A stretch of 64,000 nt of DNA from Babesia bigemina (taxonomy: Eukaryota): assembly GCF_000981445.1 (NCBI RefSeq), contig NC_027218.1:3410001-3474000 (forward strand), given 5' to 3'. The position numbers were made by a program, and so were the translations under genes. Positions 1 through 8,400 of the stretch are shown here, one piece after another. Every line of letters begins with the position of its first letter. The stretch's first letter is position 1. The notes under the pieces are model-generated. The model had not been told where the DNA came from. It worked only from the letters and a program-made list of their open reading frames with translations, and did not search any database.

Positions 1-62
1 CAGTCAGAAGGGAAGGAAAGGGTGACAAGGCACAAGTTATTGTAATGGTTTAGAAAGGTCAT
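1..62 (-). CDS. 5' leader of a further VESA-like gene running off the left edge (MTFLNHYNNLCLVTLSFPS...)
   Basis: ATG at 62 followed by the same leader (ACC..AAC CAT..AAT AAC TTG TGC CTT GTC ACC CTT) seen upstream of every large gene, directly adjoining an A array. Confidence 0.6.
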   Translation of the reverse strand, partial: MTFLNHYNNLCLVTLSFPSD

Positions 63-86
63 AGCGGTATTATGGCGGGGTAATTC

Positions 87-1970
87 AAGCGATGTAGAGT
101 GGATAAAGGGGCGATGTAGAGTGGATAAAGGGGCGATGTAGAGTGGGTTAAGGGGCGATGTAGAGTGGGTTAAGGGGCGATGTAGAGTGGGTTAAGGGGC
201 GATGTAGAGTGGGTAAAGGGGCGATGTAGAGTGGGTAAAGGGGCGATGTAGAGTGGGTTAAGGGGCGATGTAGAGTGGATGAAGTGGCGATGTGGAGTGG
301 ATAAGGGGCGATGTAAGGTGGATAAAGGGGCGATGTAGAGTGGGTTAGGGAGCGATGTGGAGTGGATAAGGGGCGATGTGGAGTGGATAAGGGGCGATGT
401 AGAGTGGGTTAGGGAGCGATGTAGAGTGGGTAAAGGGGCGATGTAGAGTGGGTAAAGGGGCGATGTAGAGTGGGTAAAGGGGCGATGTAGAGTGGGTTAA
501 GGAGCGATGTGGAGTGGACTAAGGGGCGATGTAGAGTGGGTAAGGGGCGATGTAAGGTGGGTTAGGGAGCGATGTAGAGTGGATAGAGGGGCGATGTAGA
601 GTGGGTTAAGGAGCGATGTAGAGTGGGTAAGGAGCGATGTAGAGTGGATAAAGGGGCGATGTGGAGTGGGTTAGTGAGCGATGTAAAGTGGATAAGGGAG
701 CGATGTAGAGTGGGTAAAGGGGCGATGTAGAGTGGGTTAGGGAGCGATGTAGAGTGGATTAAGGAGCGATGTAGAGTGGGTAAAGGGGCGATGTAGAGTG
801 GGTAAAGGGGCGATGTAGAGTGGATAAGGGGCGATGTGGAGTGGGTTAAGGGGCGATGTAGAGTGGGTAAAGGAGCGATGTAGAGTGGGTTAAGGGGCGA
901 TGTAGAGTGGATAAAGGAGCGATGTGGAGTGGGTAAGGGAGCGATGTAGAGTGGGTTAGGGAGCGATGTAGGGTGGATAAAGGGGCGATGTAGAGTGGAT
1001 TAGGGAGCGATGTAGAGTGGGTTAGGGAGCGATGTGGAGTGGATAAAGGGGCGATGTAGAGTGGGTTAAGGGGCGATGTAGAGTGGATAAAGGGGCGATG
1101 TAGAGTGGGTTAGGGAGCGATGTAGAGTGGGTTAGGGAGCGATGTAGAGTGGGTAAAGGGGCGATGTAGAGTGGGTAAAGGGGCGATGTAGAGTGGGTAA
1201 AGGGGCGATGTGGAGTGGGTTAAGGGGCGATGTAGAGTGGATAAAGGAGCGATGTAGAGTGGATAAAGGGGCGATGTATAGTGGATAAAGGAGCGATGTA
1301 AGGTGGGTTAGGGAGCGATGTAGAGTGGGTTAAGGGGCGATGTAGAGTGGATAAAGGAGCGATGTAAGGTGGTAAAGGGGCGATGTAGAGTGGGTTAAGG
1401 GAGCGATGTAGAGTGGGTTAGGGAGCGATGTAGAGTGGATAAAGGAGCGATGAAGAGTGGATTAAGGGGCGATGTAGAGTGGATAAGGGAGCGATGTAGA
1501 GTGGGTTAGGGAGCGATGTGGAGTGGGTTAAGGGGCGATGTAGAGTGGGTTAGGGAGCGATGTAGAGTGGGTAATGGAGCGATGTAGAGTGGATAAGGGA
1601 GCGATGTAGAGTGGGTTAGGGAGCGATGTGGAGTGGGTAAAGGGGCGATGAAGAGTGGGTTAGGGAGCGATGTAGAGTGGGTTAGGGAGCGATGTAGAGT
1701 GGATAAAGGGGCGATGTAGAGTGGATTAAGGGGCGATGTGGAGTGGGTTAGGGAGCGATGAAGAGTGGGTTAAGGGGCGATGTAGAGTGGGTAAAGGGGC
1801 GATGTAGAGTGGGTTAGGGAGCGATGTAGAGTGGGTTAGGGAGCGATGTAGAGTGGGTAAAGGGGCGATGTAGAGTGGGTAAAGGGGCGATGTGGAGTGG
1901 GTTAGGGAGCGATGTAGAGTGGATAAGGGAGCGATGTAGGGTGGGTTAGGGGGCGATGTAGAGTGGATGA
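87..1970. repeat. Repeat A array, 22-bp (some 21-bp) unit gcgatgtagagtgg(g/a)t(t/a)a(a/g)gg(g/a), ~85 copies
   Basis: gcgatg recurs every 22 nt (e.g. 133, 155). Confidence 0.97.
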
Positions 1971-2004
1971 TAATCACCACTTAGGTCATCAACTTGGTCG
2001 GCAC

Positions 2005-2280
2005 TGTCATCGCTACTGTGACCATGTCATCGCTGCCGTGACCATGTCATCGCTGCCGTGACCATGTCATCGCTGCCGTGACCATGTCATCGCTGCCGTG
2101 ACCAGTCATCGCTGCCGTGACCAGTCATCGCTGCCGTGACCAGTCATCGCTGCCGTGACCATGTCATCGCTGCCGTGACCAGTCATCGCTGCCGTAACCA
2201 GTCATCGCTGCCGTGGCCATGTCATCGCTGCCGTAACCATGTCATCGCTACCGTAACCATGTCATCGCTGCCGTGGCCAT
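2005..2280. repeat. Repeat B array, 20-bp unit catgtcatcgctgccgtgac (19-bp variants)
   Basis: Direct tandem copies. Confidence 0.95.
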
Positions 2281-2281
2281 C

Positions 2282-2460
2282 AACTTGGTCAGCACTTTGG
2301 TCAGCACGTTGGTCACCACATTGGTCAGCACTTTGGTCAGGTGCTTGGTCAGCACTTTGGTCATCACTTTGGTCAGCACATTGGTCAACACGTTGGTCAG
2401 CACTTTGGTCATGGCATTGGTCAGGTGCTTGGTCACCTCACTGCTCATGTGATTGGTCAT
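2282..2460. repeat. Repeat C array, 12-bp unit ttggtc+(agcaca/accact/atggca...)
   Basis: ttggtc every 12 nt. Confidence 0.95.
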
Positions 2461-2522
2461 CAGTGCAATCATTACTGTCTACAACATTAGGTGTCAGTTG
2501 TCAGTTAGGTGATCATGGTTAT

Positions 2523-2999
2523 TCAGCTGCGCAGTAGATACCGCACCCTGTGGAACGGCCGGATGCGGAAGTAGATCATGACGCAGATGACGACAATGAC
2601 GAGGGTGACGGGGACGATGATGTAAGGGATGACGGCGGGGGATGATGAATTAGGGGAGCTGGCTGAAAGCTCTCGACCGGAGCTGTGCTGCTCTACACGG
2701 GGAAGAGAGGCGGCATGGGAGGAAGTAGAGGAAAAACCGGCACGCTGTAGACTGTTGGACGAAACAGAACTGGAAGCAGTTGATCCTCTTTTGAGACCAC
2801 AATAACATGAACACGTGCGTTTCTTACACTCTTGACATCCATCGGGATGGCAATTCCCTCCTCCCCCACTGCGCTCTCGATAGAACTTCATACAGAAATA
2901 ACACCTCGTTCTAGTGCATCCTGCACAAGACACGTAACAGCAATAACAGTCACGCTCCGTACAGCTTTTGTTACACTTACAGTCCAACAGTCCACTCAT
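2523..2999 (-). CDS. Small Cys-rich single-pass membrane protein s1 (158 aa; R-type tail YFRIRPFHRVRYLLRS)
   Basis: ATG in GGGGAAG-ATG context, 16 Cys in first ~67 aa, Ser-rich linker, hydrophobic helix, basic tail; four paralogues in window. Confidence 0.85.
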   Translation of the reverse strand: MSGLLDCKCNKSCTERDCYCCYVSCAGCTRTRCYFCMKFYRERSGGGGNCHPDGCQECKKRTCSCYCGLKRGSTASSSVSSNSLQRAGFSSTSSHAASLPRVEQHSSGRELSASSPNSSSPAVIPYIIVPVTLVIVVICVMIYFRIRPFHRVRYLLRS

Positions 3000-3011
3000 C
3001 TTCCCCTGTCC

Positions 3012-4595
3012 CTCCCAGTCCCCTCAGCCTGCAAACATATCAATCACCTAAGCAGCACTCACCAACTGCAACACTACCACTGCCGCTCCCAGTCCCCTCA
3101 ACCTGCAATCATATCAATCACCTAGCAAGCACTCACCAACTGCAACACTACCACTGCCGCTCCCAGTCCCCTCAGCCTGCAAACATATCAATCACCTAAG
3201 CAACGCACTCACCAACAGCAACACTACCACTGCCGCTCCCAGTCCCCTCAACCAGCTAACATCAATCACTCAAGCAGCACTCACCAACTGCAACACGTAC
3301 CACTGCCGCTACCACTCCCCTCAACCTGCAGACATATCAATCACCTTGCAACGCACTCACCAACTGCAACACTACCACTGCCGCGCCCAGTCCCCTCAAC
3401 CTGCTAACATATCAATCACCTAGCAAAGCACTCACCAACTGCAACACTACCACTGCCGCTCCCAGTCCACTCAACCTGCGAACGTATCAATCACCTAGCA
3501 AGCACTCACCAACTGCAACACGTACCACTGCCGCTCCCAGTCCCCTCAGCCTGCAAACATATCAATCACCTAAGCAACGCACTCACCAACAGCAACACTA
3601 CCACTGCCGCTCCCAGTCCCCTCAACCAGCTAACATCAATCACTCAAGCAGCACTCACCAACTGCAACACGTACCACTGCCGCTACCACTCCCCTCAACC
3701 TGCAAGCATATCAATCACCTAGCAACGCACTCACCAACTGCAACACAACCACTGCCGCTCCCAGTCCCCTCAACCTGCGAACATATCAGTCACTCAAGCA
3801 GCACTCACCAACTGCAACACTACCACTGCCGCTCCCAGTCCCCTCAGCCTGCAAGCATATCAATCACCTAAGCAACGCACTCACCAACTGCAACACTACC
3901 ACTGCCGCTCCCTGTCCCCTCAGCCTGCAAGCATATCAATCACCTAAGCAGCACTCACCAACTACTACACGTACCACTGCCGCTCCCAGTCCCCGCAGCC
4001 TGCGAACATGTCAATCACCTAAGCAACGCACTCACCAACTGCAACACTACCACTGCCGCTCCACTCCCCTCAACCTGCAAACATATCAATCACCTAGCAA
4101 GCACTCACCAACTGCAACACTACCACTGCCGCTCCCAGTCCCCTCAGCCTGCGAACTATCAATCACCTAGCAACGCACTCACCAACTACAGCACGCACCA
4201 CTGCCGCTCCCACTCCCCTCAACCTGCAAACATCAATCACCTATGCAAGCACTCACCAACTGCAACACGTACCACTGCCGCGCCCAGTCCCCTCAACCTG
4301 CACGCATATCAATCACCTAAGCAGCACTCACCAACTGCAACGCGTACCACTGCCGCTCCCAGTCACCTCAACCTGCAGACATATCAATCACCTAAGCAGC
4401 ACTCACCAACTACAGCACGCACCACTGCCGCTCCCACTCCCCTCAACCTGCAAACATCAATCACCTATGCAAGCACTCACCAACTGCAACACGTACCACT
4501 GCCGCGCCCAGTCCCCTCAACCTGCACGCATATCAATCACCTAAGCAGCACTCACCAACTGCAACGCGTACCACTGCCGCTCCCAGTCACCTCAT
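3012..4595. repeat. Repeat D array, ~74-76-bp unit, ~21 copies, directly upstream of s1
   Basis: Unit caactgcaacactaccactgccgctcccagtcccctcaacctgcaaacatatcaatcacctagcaacgcactcac; actcac counted 21 times. Confidence 0.95.
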
Positions 4596-4599
4596 CATC

Positions 4600-5105
4600 A
4601 CGTACCCTCACCCCTGTCTCCCCCCAGCCCAGGCTCCGACACCCACGCTGCCCGGGATACCACGGCTGCCCTGACGCGACGCATGTGATCGGCACCAACT
4701 GTCACTTTGAATTATTGAATATTCGCAACGCCATTAAGATTGCAGCGAACCCCGTGCGCTCAGCTCCCACAGTGCAGCAGCACCGTGCTACGAGCCGCAA
4801 TATAGACGCCATGCTGGCGGAGCGTGTCGGCTACGTGCCCAAATATCATATTAACAACCGCTACATCGCTGCCTATAAATGCTACTTAACCGGGCCAACG
4901 CTGATTACGCCACCCTGCCAGTGACTCGCAACACACGACTTAGGTCCCCCGCCGCGGCCCTCACGGCCGCCTACGTAGCAACCAATCACCCAGCCTCACG
5001 TGACACTCACTCAATAGGCAACGCGGACGCCTCTCTCAGTCAATGCACAGCTCAACGCACCAGGCAATCAACGTGCTACAACACCCACCAAATTACGGTT
5101 CATCC
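4600..5105. promoter_or_regulatory. Conserved ~500-bp non-repetitive spacer (candidate promoter region of small gene), copy 1 of 5
   Basis: Highly similar copies at ~13680, 22655, 44670, 60795, always between D and E arrays; function inferred from position only. Confidence 0.4.
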
Positions 5106-5107
5106 GC

Positions 5108-5315
5108 CAGCTCAGCACTTTGCCTGTGTGCCAGCTTACCACTTTGCCTGGGTGCTTGCTTACCACTTTGCCTGTGTGCTAGGTTAGCACATTGCCTGTG
5201 TGCCAGCTTAGCACTTTGCCTGGGTGCTAGGTTAGCACTTAGCCTGAGTGCTAGCTTAGCACTTTGCCTGGGTGCTAGGTTACCACTTTGCCTGAGTGCT
5301 AGGTCAACACGTTGC
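5108..5315. repeat. Repeat E array, 24-bp unit gcttagcactttgcctgggtgcta, ~8 copies
   Basis: Tandem copies; internal inverted repeat tagcac/gtgcta. Confidence 0.93.
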
Positions 5316-5461
5316 TTCGTCGTTCACTCATCACCTAATCTAAGTGCTATTTAGTTCACAAGTTGCCGCTAGAGTAATTCGAGACATTAGACTACGTTTG
5401 TTTGTTAGGTGAGTAGGTGAATTATTACGTGAGTTGCTGTGAGTTACAAATGTGAGTACGA

Positions 5462-8400
5462 TTACGGTTGCAGGTACGATATCTTGGCAAGCCTTCCGAC
5501 TTGCGCCGCCGCCAACAGCGATTGCGCCGTTATCTTGTGCGACGACGGTATCCTCAGATGTGACCGTATGTGGAGCACATCCAGTCTGCCAACCATGACG
5601 CAGATGAGGTAGAAGAGGGACAGTGACCAGAGTGCGACGGTCATCCACAAGAAAGGTCCGCGGATGGTGAAAATGAATTCATCGCACTTTTCGAACAGCG
5701 TTCTGAAGTAGTTGGAATTTAATACATTGTTGAGTTGTTTGTAGAAATTGTGGCAATACCTTTTCCCCTCTGCAGCTGAAAGCGTTGCTGGATTGCCGAA
5801 CGTGAATCCGAAACTATACAACGTGCTTATGACACCGCGGCATTCAACGAGGCCTTTGCACTGGCAATTATAGGCAGCGCCATGCTTACCCCGTTTGCAA
5901 GCTGTGCCATGCGTACAGCGACGACATCCCCAATCCTGGCAGGATATGTTGGTAAACGCCCTGAACAAAGATTCAAGACACTGCCAGAACGACCACGGTA
6001 AGTACACTGCCCATGACAGGTAGAGACCGGCGTGCTTCTCGGCAGCGTAGTGGTATGCATCATTGTGCAACGTGGTCAGGTACGGAGCGCAGTGAACATC
6101 CTTGTTCGGATAGTTGCACGTAGTAGGCATTGAAAGCGTTGACAAGTCGGAGTCTGAAGCTTTGGGATGCTCGCCAACTTCGTGGCTCCGGCCGTTTTTG
6201 TAAGCGTCACTAAGCGCACCTGTGAGTGTGCCTGGATCCGCACACAAGTCGATGGACTGCTTCTTGATTGCCTTCACAAACGCAGCGTGGACAGCATTTG
6301 AGTTGACATCTCTGTTAGCATTAAACGCACCAACCAACGTGAGCACAAACTGGAAGTGCTCCGGCAGCGTGGATGGTGGCTTGGGCAGAAGGCACATCAG
6401 TGAGGATATTAAGCCTGTACCGAGGAAGGTCTTGATTGCGTCACACAACTGTCTGCCCGTTTTCGTGCTGCCCGAGAAGCCCTTGAATCCGAGAGGAAGC
6501 AGGCACGGTTGCCCTGGAGAGCTCTTGGAGCAGGTGCTGCATTTCGCTCTGCATCCCACTGACTGCAGTTGGTGCGGCAGATGGCCAGGGAGGCTGTCAC
6601 TGAGATATAACATTAGCGGGGACGTTGGTTGGCAGTTTACTTGACACCTTGCTTGGCTGTTTGCTTCATCGCCTGAGTGCTCGTTACACTGCGATTTGGT
6701 TGTAGGGATGTCCCTCCCGTAGCGGCAGTGTGACCAGCCGTGGTGTTCGGGCGTGATGTTACACTGCAGTTCCAGGAACCGGAACACGGGCAACAATCGG
6801 CGCAGTAGGTCCAGCAGCATGTCCAGGCAGTCCGACGGATCCGATGGGTAATGGAAATTAAATGAGTTGTTGCAGAAGTCGGAGGCGTAAACGGTCCTGG
6901 AGTCGCCAGTCCCGACGACGGCAGTCAATACGTCATACGACGTCGCACAGATGTGGTCCACGGCTTTACGTACGTAGTTATACGATATGTTCCGGGGGTG
7001 TGCTGTTATGGATTGGGCTGCCATGTCAGTCGATGTGAGCTCAAGTTCGTCGTCGCCGGCCGCCTTCTTATGCGGGTTGTCAAATAAGTCACTGATGGTG
7101 ATATCACGCATTGTAGAATATACGGCAGTGTACGGAAAACCGCTGAGCCAGATCAATATGTCGTATACGGAGCACGGGTGCTGCCTCGCTGAGGCCGTGA
7201 GCAGGTGGCACAGTTCATTGTACTGCTCGAAGTGGCTGAATATGCAGTCAATAGCGTCGAACACGTGGAAGTGATTGTCTTTTCTTTGCTCGTTCGATTT
7301 GCATCCCTTAAGATGTGCGTTGTCATCGGCGCCGCGAATTGGTAGCAGCAGCCGCTTTGCAACGTTCTCCCCCGCAACTGTCGGTCTGTTTTGCAACTCG
7401 CCGTTCTGCAGCGTCGCATCGGAGACCGCGTAGCCGTGGCCGACAAATGATCTTCCCACGTCGGTGGACTTATTAATTTGCTGTCCACGTAGACTCTTGC
7501 AATTGTGCGTCAAGTCGGTCAACGTGGAGTTGAGGGTGCATACCACGGTGAAGCATATTTTGGCGAATTTGGCGCCATACGGCGTTAATTTCTGCTTCTC
7601 AAACATCTCGCCGCCAAACGTCTCACTGTCGTAGGCGGAGATGTACGCCTTCGCTAGCTCATCGTGCATCCCCTGTACGCCCTTTCTTAGACACTCGAGC
7701 AGGAGGTTGCTGTCGTCGGCGTAGGATGCGGGGCGTAGGTTATCAAGTAAAGACTGGAGGGTGTTGAGTTTGGTGCTGAAATTGTGGTCGAAAAGGTGTT
7801 TTCTAGCTGCCGGAATGTCATGAAGGTGTTGCAGTAACGCATCTAATTTGTCCTTGAGATCGCCGACATTTTTGGTATGAGGAATTGGATCACCATCGAC
7901 AACCCGGACTGAAGGATTTCTATTTGACATGGTCTCAGTGTGATGTCTTTTAAGTTCGACGACGAGATACGTGTTGAGTGGATCGTACAATTTCTTGAAC
8001 TCCTGTGACAGCGTCTTGAATTCTTCTTTCTTCGACGCCTGTTTTTTGGTGACAGCTCCTTTAAACTCTTCCAGTTTACTCGACTGATTTCGGGGAGCGT
8101 AAAGATCCCATTGGGGTGGTGGTGCCGGTTTCCCCTCGAACGCCTCCATGAATCCCTTGAAGCCAGTGTGCTTGTCCTTTTCGATCGCCTCGGGCAGTCC
8201 CTTGAGGTGCGCGGTGACCCTGTCGGCGAAGTGAGTAAGCAACAGCTGGGTAGAGGTGACGTGATCTACGCGTGCTTTTTGGGTTATTAATTTTTTGGCA
8301 TCTTCAACTTGATTGTCAACGTGCTGGTTTAGCGACTTTATGTATTTGTCTTGTAAGTTTCGTGCGTCTTTCTGGATGAAGTCATCGGCCAACCCTATGA

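Noticed and set aside
87..1970. True telomeric tract
   Set aside because: GGGTTAGGG is embedded in a 22-bp unit, is not a simple 6-7-bp tandem, and recurs internally eight times
2523..2999. Calling the small genes SmORF or metallothionein
   Set aside because: No signal peptide and a C-terminal TM, unlike B. bovis SmORFs; TM plus hypervariability unlike metallothionein; cannot assign without a search
87..4595. CRISPR array interpretation of the regular repeats
   Set aside because: Units are directly tandem with no unique spacers, no cas-like ORFs, and the context is eukaryotic
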